NCBI GenBank assembly: GCA_963549685.1
Contig: CAUUZR010000001.1
Coordinates: 1 to 62,864, forward strand
Direction: 5' to 3'
Source of the DNA: an uncultured Candidatus Saccharibacteria bacterium
GTDB lineage: Bacteria > Patescibacteriota > Saccharimonadia > Saccharimonadales > Saccharimonadaceae
Length of the DNA: 62,864 nucleotides
Shown here: positions 52,407-62,802 of the stretch, in pieces
Numbering within the stretch: position 1 is the first letter of the stretch
Layout of the letters: the number at the start of each line of letters is the position of its first letter
Notes under the pieces: generated by a model
What the model was told of the DNA's origin: nothing
Seen by the model: only the letters and a program-made list of their open reading frames with translations
Database searches by the model: none
Position numbers and translations under genes: made by a program

Positions 52407-53279
52407 ATGTCAAACAACGCTTTGCTCATTTACTCCAGTTTTGACGCTGACGGTCAGCCGTTTGTTGATTATCAAGTTGGCGATGAGATTCGGCGGCAGA
52501 AATTATTCGAAGAGGACGTGTCGCTCGAGTTTGATTTTTCGACCAAACATTGCACGGGCTGGGTGGATTTTGAAAAGCACTGCAGCCAGGTTTGCCCAGA
52601 TCATGCTACGGTTGATGATAAGTATGAGAACTGCCTGAAGTGTCGCAATCGGACTGGGTTCAATCCAGCATTTTACAACGCTGATTCGGTGTCGGCGCAG
52701 CAGGAGAAAATTAACCAAACGCCGCATTTTCTTTACGTGGCATATTTTGCACCGGGAGTAGTTAAGGTTGGTATTTCCCAGGAGGCGCGCGGTCTCAGAC
52801 GGTTGCTGGAGCAGGGGACGCGGCTGGCACTGAAACTGGAGACGTTTCCTTCGGCGCTGATCGCTCGGCAGTACGAGGCGAAGATCGCGGCGTTGGATGG
52901 CATATTGGAGACGGTCGCCGCCAGCAAAAAACTGGGGCTGATCAAACAGCCGCTGGACAGTGCGGCGGCAGAGAAAACTTTGACAGACACGCTGGCGCCC
53001 ATTCAACAGAAACTGGGCGTCGAGTTCCCAAATCGCGAGCTAATCATGTGCGAAAATTATTTTCAGACTAATGGGCGCAACCTCAGTAATATCATCGATA
53101 TGACCGGTCGCAAAACCATGGTCGGTACTGTCGCTAGCGTCGTCGGCTCAATCGTCATCACCGAATACGACGGGCAATTGCTGGCGTACAACCTGAAGAA
53201 ATACATCGGCTACCGAGCGCAGGCACTTGACGGAGCTGTTGATATCGAACTGCCAACAACTCAATTGGCGCTGTTTTGA
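52407..53279 (+). CDS. DUF2797 domain protein
   Basis: CTG, C..C, HFLY.A, VKVGI, RLLEQG; GC-rich. Confidence 0.8.
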   Translation: MSNNALLIYSSFDADGQPFVDYQVGDEIRRQKLFEEDVSLEFDFSTKHCTGWVDFEKHCSQVCPDHATVDDKYENCLKCRNRTGFNPAFYNADSVSAQQEKINQTPHFLYVAYFAPGVVKVGISQEARGLRRLLEQGTRLALKLETFPSALIARQYEAKIAALDGILETVAASKKLGLIKQPLDSAAAEKTLTDTLAPIQQKLGVEFPNRELIMCENYFQTNGRNLSNIIDMTGRKTMVGTVASVVGSIVITEYDGQLLAYNLKKYIGYRAQALDGAVDIELPTTQLALF

Positions 53280-53319
53280 CGGATATTATGGTATAATATA
53301 CAAAAATACGGAGTTGACG

Positions 53320-53925
53320 ATGCGTAAAAATGACACAAGGACTGGGCGATCCAAAAGAATTTTGATATATGGCGACTCGAACGTCTGGGGTGATAACTTT
53401 GTCGGGTCGCGAATTCGCCATAGCGACCGCTGGGTCAACCGCCTGGCTCGGGCGCTCAGGGGCAAAGCACACATCATCGCTGACGGCGTATGTGGTCGTG
53501 TGGCGGGGGGCTTTTGCGCCGATAAACCGCATAAAAATGGTAAAAGTGCTTTTGCAGCAGTGTTGCAACAAGCTGGCACAATCGACATCGTCATCATCGC
53601 TCTGGGAACAAATGATTTACAGCAGAAATACCAGAGAACCTCTCAGCACATCATCGACGACCTGTTGGCGTACCAAAAACTTGCGCCCAAAGCAGATATC
53701 ATCTACCTCTTGCCGCCGCCATTTTCAACTGGCGAGGATTCTGGTCCAGAGTTCACCGAACAATCAGAAGCTATACGACAAGAGATCTTGCGAAATAAGG
53801 AGACACTCGGTGAATACATTGAGCTGCCGTTCATACCACTGTCTGATGGTATTCACTTTTCAACAAAAGGACATCGCTTAGTGGCGTGCGTTGTTAAGCA
53901 AGCTTTGAAAGCAAGGCAGGCATGA
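53320..53925 (+). CDS. SGNH/GDSL hydrolase
   Basis: GDSN block I, GTND block III, DGIH block V. Confidence 0.9.
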   Translation: MRKNDTRTGRSKRILIYGDSNVWGDNFVGSRIRHSDRWVNRLARALRGKAHIIADGVCGRVAGGFCADKPHKNGKSAFAAVLQQAGTIDIVIIALGTNDLQQKYQRTSQHIIDDLLAYQKLAPKADIIYLLPPPFSTGEDSGPEFTEQSEAIRQEILRNKETLGEYIELPFIPLSDGIHFSTKGHRLVACVVKQALKARQA

Positions 53926-54674
53926 ACGAGGGGAAGAAACCACTCTTAGAAACCATAGGTAGAGAAATGTCCATTACTACTCATGGCTTTGACGACATGC
54001 CAGAAGGCCCAAATATATTCGTAGCAAATCATGCCTGTATGCGCGATATCTTCGCCATACCTGCGAGTTTGCCTGGCGGCTGTTATGTCGTCATCAGTTC
54101 ACGGCTGGCATATAAAATAGTTCTGTAGATTCAGCAGTGCGGCGATTGGTTATAGAAAATGCGCTTCATACGATACCACTGGAGGTGCATGGCGGCAAAG
54201 AATATCTGGCTGTCGGACTTAAAATGGCGAGGCAAGCATTGCTCGACGGACGCTCGCTGCTTATTTTTCCAGAGGGCGCATACACGGGCGATGCTCAAGT
54301 CACCAAAGGTCGAACGGGCGCATCACGGATTTCATTTGACGCAGCCGCAGGGGGGGGTGAAAGCCAACTTATTGCCCGTCGGCATCAGGTATGAGCCGTG
54401 GCCAACCGATCTGGACAATTATCTCCCTCAAGACGAAAAGATTCAGATTACACTGTGCGATCCCGTTGACTACACCAAAGCATATCAAACATACACTTCT
54501 TCGGAAGATTATGAAACACGTCGCCAGGCACTCCGTGCGCCGATAGATATGGCGATGCGCGCTATCGCCGCGGCCACAAAATTACCGTATGTTGATAAGC
54601 CAATAGAGCTATGGCCAAGAAAAACAATGATCCTGGAGAGCGGTCAAGAAGTGCCCATCAAGCGCGAAAGCTAA
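53922..54674 (+). pseudogene. Lysophospholipid (PlsC-like) acyltransferase broken by two frameshifts
   Basis: NHACMRD in frame 3, FPEG in frame 2, LLPVGI in frame 3; +1 A near 54114-54117 and -1 G in G8 54350-54357 restore one ORF. Confidence 0.8.
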
Positions 54675-54716
54675 ATGGCTTACTTATTTTTCGCTTTGCG
54701 CTATAATACAATAGTA

Positions 54717-56165
54717 ATGAGTCAAGCACTGTACCGCAAATATCGCAGTCGTAGCTTGGATGAGGTGTTGGGGCAGGACCATGTGACCAACATTTTGCGC
54801 CGAGCGTTGGAGCAGGGGAAAATCGCCCATGCCTATTTACTGACAGGCCCACGTGGCGTCGGTAAAACCAGCGTGGCGCGAATTTTAGCGTATGAAATCA
54901 ACAAGTTGCCTTACAATGAAGACTCTACGCATCTTGATATTATTGAAATCGATGCCGCCAGTAACAATGGCGTGGATGATATCCGTAATCTACGTGAGAA
55001 ATCTCAAGTAGCACCCGTTTCTGCCATCAAGAAAGTCTATATTATTGATGAGGTGCATATGTTATCAAAACAGGCGTTCAATGCACTACTGAAGACTTTG
55101 GAAGAACCGCCAGAGCATGTGGTGTTTATTTTAGCAACTACTGACGTTGATAGACTACCGGCAACTATTATCAGCCGAGTGCAACAATTTTATTTCCACC
55201 CAATTTCAACTAACGTCATCGCCAAGCAATTGAGCCGAATCGCTGAGTTAGAAGGCTTTAAAATCGAGCCAGATGCCGCCAAGCTCATCGCTGAACATTC
55301 TCACGGTGGGTTTCGGGATGCAATTAGCTTACTAGATCAATTGTCTCCACTGGCCGCCAAAGAATCATTAACAACTGAGAAAATCGCCTCACACTTAGGG
55401 CTAAGCAATGAAAATGTTTTAGATGAATTATTGACAGCACGATCAGTGAACGACGCCGTCAAATCATTGGATATTTTACATAAACTAGAGACTGATGGTA
55501 TAGATCCAGTTGTTCTAACTCGGCAATTATTGCAATTAATCCGACAGCGTTTGCCAAAGCAACCAGAATTAGTTAAACTGATTTCTCAATTGATTGAGGT
55601 GACAAATCATCCGCACCCTGATCTGAAACTACTAACTATTTTTGCTAGTCAAAATCATCCGATTGAGAGCGCAAGCCAGAAAGCCACACCTACGCCAACA
55701 AAACCTAAGTCGAGTATCTCGCCCAAGGATAATTTAGACGTACAGGTCAAAGAACCCTCGATCCAAAAAGATGAGTCAGTAGAAAAATCTAAGCCAACAG
55801 ATAAACCATCACAAAAATCAACCTCAAATAATAAAAATAGAAAACCTGCTGATTTTGATTGGCAAGAATTTCTCCATCAAGCCAATACGGTCCTTGACGC
55901 TGGACGTTATGCTCAAATTTCCAAATGTGATTATAGCTTTGATGGCGAAAACCTTATTCTTTACGCTGGCACAAAATTTGCTGCCACAAAACTCAATGAC
56001 AACAAATCTAGGCCGCAATTGATTGAAATCGCTCAGAAAATCACCAACCATGAGATAACTTTCACTGTCAAGCCAGATAAAAAGCCCCCAGAAGATTCTC
56101 AATTAGCAGAAATTGCCGCAATGATGGGTGGTGGGGAAGAAATAAAATTGGAGGATATTTCATGA
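54717..56165 (+). CDS. dnaX: DNA polymerase III gamma/tau subunit
   Basis: ALYRKYR, GPRGVGKT, EIDAASN, IDEVHML. Confidence 0.96.
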   Translation: MSQALYRKYRSRSLDEVLGQDHVTNILRRALEQGKIAHAYLLTGPRGVGKTSVARILAYEINKLPYNEDSTHLDIIEIDAASNNGVDDIRNLREKSQVAPVSAIKKVYIIDEVHMLSKQAFNALLKTLEEPPEHVVFILATTDVDRLPATIISRVQQFYFHPISTNVIAKQLSRIAELEGFKIEPDAAKLIAEHSHGGFRDAISLLDQLSPLAAKESLTTEKIASHLGLSNENVLDELLTARSVNDAVKSLDILHKLETDGIDPVVLTRQLLQLIRQRLPKQPELVKLISQLIEVTNHPHPDLKLLTIFASQNHPIESASQKATPTPTKPKSSISPKDNLDVQVKEPSIQKDESVEKSKPTDKPSQKSTSNNKNRKPADFDWQEFLHQANTVLDAGRYAQISKCDYSFDGENLILYAGTKFAATKLNDNKSRPQLIEIAQKITNHEITFTVKPDKKPPEDSQLAEIAAMMGGGEEIKLEDIS

Positions 56166-57520
56166 GTACGACTGACAAGACGACACAGGCAACAGGGAAT
56201 CTACCGCCACAAAATTTAGACGCCGAAAAAAGCTTGCTCGGTGCAATTCTGATCGAGGAAGAAGTTTTAGCGGATGCTACTGAAATCGTTCGACCAGCTG
56301 ATTTCTATGATAAAAATCACGGTCTAATCTTTGCTAGTATGCTCAGGTTATTTGAAAAGCATAAACCAGTCGATCTTTTAACCTTGACTGAAGAGTTGCA
56401 AAAAAAAGGCGAGCTGGAAGTGATCGGTGGTTCGGCCTATCTAACCGATCTGACCAATTATGTCCCGACCGCCGCTCACGCCGAAGCTTACGCTGAGATG
56501 GTAGCCCAAAAAGCAGTGCGCCGTCGCTTGATTAAAGCTAGCGCTGACATTACCGAACTTGGCTATGACGAGTCAACCACCACGCAAGAACTACTAGAAA
56601 AAGCCGAAGCTGAACTGTTTAGCGTCTCTGATCAATCCCTCAAGCAAGATTTAATCAGTATAGAAAATATCTTGGCGGATAGTTTTGATCGAATTGAAGA
56701 ATTACATAAAAATAAGGGTAGCTTACGTGGTATTCGAACTGGTTATCGTGACCTTGATAATATAACCGCCGGCTTACAGCGTAGTGACTTGATTATTCTA
56801 GCAGCTCGACCAGCCATGGGTAAAACGACGCTGGTTACCAACTTAGCTTACAACGTCGCAACGATTGAGAAAAAACCAGTGCTATTTTTCAGCCTAGAGA
56901 TGAGTAAAGAACAGCTAATCGATCGTATGTTGGCGGACGCTTCGGGTGTGGACAGTTGGAATATTCGCACTGGCAATTTGTCTGATGATGATTTTGCTAA
57001 ATTGTCAGAAGCCATGGGCGAAATGTCCGAGGCGCCGATTTTTATCGACGACACCCCGGGATTGTCAGTACTGGAGATGCGCACCAAAGCACGCCGGGCC
57101 GCTCATGAAAATCCGCTTGGGTTAATCGTGGTTGACTACTTACAGCTAATGCAGGCAACCGGCAATCATAACGGTAATCGTGTTCAAGAAGTGTCAGAAA
57201 TCTCACGTGGCTTAAAATTGATCGCTCGTGAATTAAATGTGCCACTAATCGCCCTGTCACAGCTTAGCCGTTCTGTTGAAAGTCGCACACCACCAATTCC
57301 ACAGTTAGCCGATTTGCGAGAATCCGGCTCTATTGAGCAGGACGCTGACTTGGTCGCCTTTATCTATCGTCCAGGCTACTACGAACCTGACAACCCTGAC
57401 GTCCAAAATATCACCGACTTAATCATCGCTAAGCACCGTAACGGCCCAGTTGGTAAAGTCCAACTTTACTTCCACCCAGAAAGACTCCGCTTTATGTCTC
57501 TCGACCGTAAACACGAATAA
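56162..57520 (+). CDS. dnaB: Replicative DNA helicase
   Basis: ARPAMGKT, DYLQL, LSQLSR, DLRESGSIEQDAD; no intein. Confidence 0.97.
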   Translation: MSTTDKTTQATGNLPPQNLDAEKSLLGAILIEEEVLADATEIVRPADFYDKNHGLIFASMLRLFEKHKPVDLLTLTEELQKKGELEVIGGSAYLTDLTNYVPTAAHAEAYAEMVAQKAVRRRLIKASADITELGYDESTTTQELLEKAEAELFSVSDQSLKQDLISIENILADSFDRIEELHKNKGSLRGIRTGYRDLDNITAGLQRSDLIILAARPAMGKTTLVTNLAYNVATIEKKPVLFFSLEMSKEQLIDRMLADASGVDSWNIRTGNLSDDDFAKLSEAMGEMSEAPIFIDDTPGLSVLEMRTKARRAAHENPLGLIVVDYLQLMQATGNHNGNRVQEVSEISRGLKLIARELNVPLIALSQLSRSVESRTPPIPQLADLRESGSIEQDADLVAFIYRPGYYEPDNPDVQNITDLIIAKHRNGPVGKVQLYFHPERLRFMSLDRKHE

Positions 57521-57537
57521 TGCTATACTGAATAACA

Positions 57538-58995
57538 GTGAAAAAAAGATTTATCACCGATTTATTTTTATACAAATGGCGTTATCTAATCGGCTATAGT
57601 TTGCTGGTCATACTTTATTTTATCGGCATCGTTACAGCAGCACTTTATGCGCCAGGTGGACTGTCTCAAGCCGAAATCGACACCATCGCTGTGACTAATT
57701 CTATTAATTTTGACCTGAACGGCTTATCAATTGCTAATCTACCTTTTCATCTCTTACAATTATTATTTTTTAAGCTATTTGGCGTCAGCCTAATCACCAT
57801 CAAAGCTCCCACTATCTTACTGTCAATTATCACTGGGTTAGCCCTGTTTTTCCTTTTACGTCGCTGGTTCAAGCCAAATGTTTCCGTTTTATCAATGATC
57901 ATTATGGTTGCTACCAGCCAGTTCCTCTTCATCGGTCAAAACGCCACCGTTGAGATTCTTTATATCACTTACACCACCTTAACGCTACTATTCGCCACTC
58001 TCGTTATTCAACACGCCAAATTCAGCCAATTGTGGCGCATAGCCCTGGCATTAACAGTTATATTCAGTCTCTTTACGCCATATTTTTGGTATATCAATCT
58101 AGGACTATTAGCGATCGCCATCGCTCATCCGCACCCAAGACACTTCATTTTCTCCAGAAAATACCATATCCAATGGCTACCAGCCACCTGTGTGGCGGTA
58201 GTTTTTGTAGCAATGATAGCTTATCTCTGCATTAAATCGCCTCAACTATTACAGGATTTACTAGGTATAAACTCACTTAACTTTAATTTATTAGAAAACT
58301 TGCGCGCCATTTTCTATCTTTATTTCAACATCAATCCTTATATTGTCAATGGACACATCACTCCAGTAATGGATTTCTCCGTCATTTTTCTAATTATCTT
58401 CGGACTACTTAAAACCTTACAGCATTTTTATCTGGCTCGCTCGTTTATGGTCTGGTCATGGCTACTACTTATATTGCCATTAATTATTCTTCAACCGCAA
58501 CTCTCAGCTTTGTTGATAATTCCATGCTTCATTTTATTGGCAATCGGCATTGAATCACTACTCAGCGAATGGTATGGTTTATTCCCTAGAAACCCTTATG
58601 CTCGAATTACTGGTCTAGTGCTGATTTCATCATTAGTGCTGGTATTAACCGTCGGTGGTCTAACCAAATACGTCAATAGCTATAGAAATTACCCTATAGC
58701 CGTTAATGAATTCAGCCAAGATTTGATGGTGTTTGCCAAAGAAGTCGCTGGCAATAATAACAGAATCGCCATTTTAGTAGACAGTAAAGAGCAACCACTT
58801 TACCAAGCCTTAGCTCAACACAGCCTACCTCAATTAACCGTCAAAACAATTTACTCACCAGAGGAAAAAACTTCACCAATTTACGTCAGCCTTGCCGCCA
58901 AATCAGCATTACCAAAAAATCATAAAATGCAATTAACAAAAATCATCGTTAATGATCGCAGTCAAAATAGTGATCGCTTCTATCTGTACAAATAG
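57538..58995 (+). CDS. Polytopic membrane protein, GT39/PMT-like
   Basis: Many TM helices; LPFHLLQ...FG.S..TIK.P pattern. Confidence 0.65.
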   Translation: MKKRFITDLFLYKWRYLIGYSLLVILYFIGIVTAALYAPGGLSQAEIDTIAVTNSINFDLNGLSIANLPFHLLQLLFFKLFGVSLITIKAPTILLSIITGLALFFLLRRWFKPNVSVLSMIIMVATSQFLFIGQNATVEILYITYTTLTLLFATLVIQHAKFSQLWRIALALTVIFSLFTPYFWYINLGLLAIAIAHPHPRHFIFSRKYHIQWLPATCVAVVFVAMIAYLCIKSPQLLQDLLGINSLNFNLLENLRAIFYLYFNINPYIVNGHITPVMDFSVIFLIIFGLLKTLQHFYLARSFMVWSWLLLILPLIILQPQLSALLIIPCFILLAIGIESLLSEWYGLFPRNPYARITGLVLISSLVLVLTVGGLTKYVNSYRNYPIAVNEFSQDLMVFAKEVAGNNNRIAILVDSKEQPLYQALAQHSLPQLTVKTIYSPEEKTSPIYVSLAAKSALPKNHKMQLTKIIVNDRSQNSDRFYLYK

Positions 58996-59039
58996 TCAAA
59001 AATACGCTACAATTAACAGAGTTAATCTAAGGAGGGAAC

Positions 59040-59330
59040 ATGGCGTTTGACCAAGTAAAAATGCTGAATCAGTTACGTAAGGCGCAAAAACAATTAGCTA
59101 AAGAAATTATTGAAGTTGAGGCCGGTGATGGAGCGGTTATTGTACAGGTGACTGGCGAATTGAAAATAAAATCTGTCAAAATTGATCCAGAAATGGTTGA
59201 TTTAGATAATATTGAGCAACTTGAACACTGGATTCAAATTGCAGTGCGTGATGGCTTAGCGAAAGCTCAAGAAGTCGCCACAGAAACCATGAAGCCACTG
59301 ATGGGTGGTTTGGGAAATCTGCCATTCTAA
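59040..59330 (+). CDS. ybaB: YbaB/EbfC nucleoid-associated protein
   Basis: AGDGAV.V...G, IDP; directly before recR. Confidence 0.92.
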   Translation: MAFDQVKMLNQLRKAQKQLAKEIIEVEAGDGAVIVQVTGELKIKSVKIDPEMVDLDNIEQLEHWIQIAVRDGLAKAQEVATETMKPLMGGLGNLPF

Positions 59331-59333
59331 ATT

Positions 59334-59948
59334 ATGTCTGATATATTACCAAAGGCGCTATCGTCTTTAATAGAGGACTTTGGGTGTTTGCCAGGAGTAG
59401 GCCCGCGCACGGCTGAACGCTATTCTTATGCAGTATTACGGCGAGACGCTAAATCTGCTAATCAATTAGCAAAATCATTAAGCGAGTTGCATAAGAAAGT
59501 GAAAACTTGCCCAATTACTTTTGCTTTAATTGATGCTGACGATGAAGTTTCACCTCTTTATGCCGATACTTCACGTGATCACCGTTTAATCTGCGTGGTT
59601 GAAGAACCGTTAGATATCGTCGCCTTAGAGCGCACTGGTCAATTTTCTGGCACTTATCACGTATTAGGCGGGGTTATTTCACCAATTGATGGGATTGGCC
59701 CAGAACAGTTGCATATCCCAGAGTTGATTGAACGTATTAAAAAAGACGATGTCAGGGAAGTGATTATCGCCACTAATGCCTCTGTTGAAGGTGAATCTAC
59801 TTCTTTATTTTTACAGCGTTTTATTCAAGAGGCTGGTATTAAAATCACCGTCTCACGTCTGGCGAGAGGTATCCCAGTCGGTGTTGATTTGGAATACGCT
59901 GATCAAATCACTTTAACGCATGCCTTAGAGGGCAGGCGAACCTTATAA
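59334..59948 (+). CDS. recR: Recombination mediator RecR
   Basis: LPGVGPRTAER, CVVEE, YHVLGG, EGEST, LEYAD. Confidence 0.96.
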   Translation: MSDILPKALSSLIEDFGCLPGVGPRTAERYSYAVLRRDAKSANQLAKSLSELHKKVKTCPITFALIDADDEVSPLYADTSRDHRLICVVEEPLDIVALERTGQFSGTYHVLGGVISPIDGIGPEQLHIPELIERIKKDDVREVIIATNASVEGESTSLFLQRFIQEAGIKITVSRLARGIPVGVDLEYADQITLTHALEGRRTL

Positions 59949-59976
59949 TCGTCACCCACCATTTTATCAGCAAAAT

Positions 59977-60006
59977 AAATACCCACTCGCTAAAGTGGGT
60001 ATTTTT
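59977..60006. terminator. Bidirectional terminator
   Basis: AAATACCCACT...AGTGGGTATTTTT. Confidence 0.7.
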
Positions 60007-60056
60007 GCCTGAAACTTGATCGCTTCAGAAGTCTTATTCGAGAGCGGTCAAATCTC

Positions 60057-61523
60057 CTATAGTCGTCGGCGACTAGCAACGTAAGCTAAGCTCGTACCAA
60101 TCATTGTCGCCAAGCCAATTCCACCGATCATCACGTCCGTTGTACCAGTATGCGGCAATTGGGCTGGCGTAACTGGGGTAGCTGGTGGAGTAACTGGGGT
60201 CTCCTTACAGAGCTCAGAGTCCTTATCAGCGTGCAGATTACCATCAAACTTGTCTTTGCTAATTTGAATAATCTTCTTAGTCTTAATCTCACAGACGATT
60301 ATTTTCTTTGGTTGGACAACTTCTATATCTGCGTCATCGCAATCATCATTATCATTTGGCTTATTTGGATTTACTTCTGGCGCATTGACACAAGCCGTAT
60401 TCTTGATTTTGCCAGCTTTATAGGTTGGCACCTTGGCTTTAATTGTAAAGTCCATAGATTGACCAATTTTCAGTTCTGGAATTGTATAGCTCCAAGCACC
60501 GTCCTTAATATCGCCGTGGCTAGCACTAATGAAAGTTACACCTGCTGGTTGTTTATCTGTCACCAAAACTTTTTTCAAATCCACCTGACCAGTGTTCTTG
60601 ACACGAATCTGATAGGTAAATTCAGTATCCAATTCAACCAATTTATACTCTACGCTATCAACTTTTTTATCAATATCAACTGCTGGGACTTTTGGCTCTT
60701 CTTTAGGATTCACCACAACAGTGGTCTGACAATTGGTACTGGTTTTCGAAACCGCACCACCAGCATTACCATTGACTGTTACAGATACCTTATAGGTTCC
60801 TGGATTTGCATATGTATAATCGAGAGTTGCCGCAGTTGTTGTTTTCTTCTGGCCGTTACCTAAATCGTAGGTATAGTCCTTGATACTTGCGCCATCCTTG
60901 GTGGTAGCAGTCACGTTAAATCGGAAGGTATTTCGTGAGAAAGCTTTAACACTCAAAGCATCACAAGTCAAAGAAGGGTTCTTTGGTGGTGTTGGTGGAG
61001 GAGTTGGATTATATGTCCAAACTGGATTACCACAAGATTTGATCACACCAGCGATAAACTTACCACTATTATCAAACCAAGCATAAATCTCCTCATTATC
61101 ACTCAATACTGTGCCATGCCTATTAACAAAGCTATGACTGACTGGATACTGGTAATACATTGTACCACCGTATTGAACCATACCCTCTGGCGCATACTGT
61201 AATGTACCAGCTTTTGCCTGAAAAGTACGAGCAGCCGTACCAACCACCCGACCATCAACCACGATACGACCATGTCGGTCAACCGTACCAGTCTTTGGCC
61301 AAGTGTTATATATCATATTATCAGTGATTCCCGCATGATTATAAGCACCTTTAACGTTAGCTCGGCCATAAGCTTCACGTACGCTATAAATATTATAGGT
61401 ACCGCAGGCCACCACATTGAAATTGCTACATTGCGCCGCTTGTGTAGTGATTGTCCACCAACCACCACCAACAATAGCGGCAATCACCACTACTGAAGCG
61501 ATAATTTTGCTAATTTTATTCAT
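60057..61523 (-). CDS. LPXTG-anchored surface protein with PKD and DUF11-like domains
   Basis: Signal peptide, YTYANPGTYKVSVTV (PKD), YQIRVKNTG...VTD..P.G (DUF11), LPHTG + TM + RRRL. Confidence 0.88.
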   Translation of the reverse strand: MNKISKIIASVVVIAAIVGGGWWTITTQAAQCSNFNVVACGTYNIYSVREAYGRANVKGAYNHAGITDNMIYNTWPKTGTVDRHGRIVVDGRVVGTAARTFQAKAGTLQYAPEGMVQYGGTMYYQYPVSHSFVNRHGTVLSDNEEIYAWFDNSGKFIAGVIKSCGNPVWTYNPTPPPTPPKNPSLTCDALSVKAFSRNTFRFNVTATTKDGASIKDYTYDLGNGQKKTTTAATLDYTYANPGTYKVSVTVNGNAGGAVSKTSTNCQTTVVVNPKEEPKVPAVDIDKKVDSVEYKLVELDTEFTYQIRVKNTGQVDLKKVLVTDKQPAGVTFISASHGDIKDGAWSYTIPELKIGQSMDFTIKAKVPTYKAGKIKNTACVNAPEVNPNKPNDNDDCDDADIEVVQPKKIIVCEIKTKKIIQISKDKFDGNLHADKDSELCKETPVTPPATPVTPAQLPHTGTTDVMIGGIGLATMIGTSLAYVASRRRL

Positions 61524-61684
61524 AAAAACTCCTTTTTTGCCCAACTCTCACCAGGGCTTATACTTCAATGTTATCACAAATTTTCTTTTTTGTCAATAAT
61601 ATTTATCAAAATGTACTGATTATGCTTAAAAATTAGTCAATCAGCGCTATTCACCCCTGATTTATATCTGTTATAATTAGCTAT

Positions 61685-62680
61685 ATGTTAGAAAAAGTTA
61701 TCAACGCCATCAATCAAGCGCAAAAAATCGTAGTCATCCAAGCTGAAAACCCAGACGGTGACAGTTTAGGCTCAGCTTTAGCTCTGGAAGAGGTATTGGG
61801 CGATCTCGGTAAAGAAGTCAGCTTGTATTGTCCCGTCAATATCCCTAAATATCTGCATTATATTAACGGCTGGGACAGAGTAGAAATAGATTTTAATAAT
61901 CATGCGGATTTGGCAATTATCGTTGATACCACCGCAGAATTACTGCTCGGTAAAGCACTTGAAGCACCGGGAGTGCGCCATTTTCTGGAAACTCATCCCA
62001 CTGTCGTGATTGACCATCATGCCACTGAATCGACTTTAACTTTTGACAATATTTTATTAACCAAACCCGCTGTCGCTACTGGTGAGGTTTTATTTGACTT
62101 GTTTCGTACTGCCAATTGGACAATTAACCGTCAAGCCGCAGAGAACCTTTTAATAACCATCATGTCAGACAGCCTGGGACTAACCACACCCAACACCACC
62201 GCCCGAAGTTTCTTTATATCTGGTGAGTTGACTGAGCTGGGCGCTTCTAATGCTGAGATTGAGGATCGACGCCGTGAATTTATGAAAAAATCACCTGAGA
62301 TTTTGGCATATAAAGCTAAGTTGATCGAACGGATTGAATATTTATTGGATGGAAAATTAGCCTTAGTACACGTACCATTTGAGGAAATTCAAGAATATAG
62401 CGATGCTTATAATCCAGGTGCGCTAATCGGTGATGAATTGCGGTTAGTGGAAGGCGTAGAACTTTCTGCAGTGTTGAAAACTTATCCTGACGGCAAAGTA
62501 ACCGCCCGGATACGCTCCAATTCGCCAATTGCTGAGACTGTGGCAGGCTATTTTGGCGGTGGCGGTCACAAATATGCGTCTGGGTTTCGGATCTATGAAA
62601 ATTATGACGCTGTGGTGCGGGAGTTGGTTGAAGCAACCAATAAAGTGATTACTGAGTACCAAGCTAGCTCTATTATTTAA
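61685..62680 (+). CDS. DHH family phosphoesterase (NrnA-like)
   Basis: NPDGDS, VD, IDHH, GGGGH. Confidence 0.92.
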   Translation: MLEKVINAINQAQKIVVIQAENPDGDSLGSALALEEVLGDLGKEVSLYCPVNIPKYLHYINGWDRVEIDFNNHADLAIIVDTTAELLLGKALEAPGVRHFLETHPTVVIDHHATESTLTFDNILLTKPAVATGEVLFDLFRTANWTINRQAAENLLITIMSDSLGLTTPNTTARSFFISGELTELGASNAEIEDRRREFMKKSPEILAYKAKLIERIEYLLDGKLALVHVPFEEIQEYSDAYNPGALIGDELRLVEGVELSAVLKTYPDGKVTARIRSNSPIAETVAGYFGGGGHKYASGFRIYENYDAVVRELVEATNKVITEYQASSII

Positions 62681-62802
62681 TGAAAAGAATTGACTTTTCA
62701 CTCTATTAGTGATATATATATATCAGCTTTTGCTCAAAGTTTGGAAAAGGGCAGAAGTCGCCCTTTAGCTTTGAGCAAGATTCTCTCAGAAAGGGGAGGA
62801 AA

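Noticed and set aside
55700..56100. Programmed -1 frameshift in dnaX
   Set aside because: No A-AAA-AAG heptamer with downstream hairpin and no long A run seen
56162..57520. Intein in DnaB
   Set aside because: Protein is normal length (452 aa) with contiguous motifs
60150..60863. 237-aa plus-strand ORF
   Set aside because: Antisense to the well-supported LPXTG protein; no motifs
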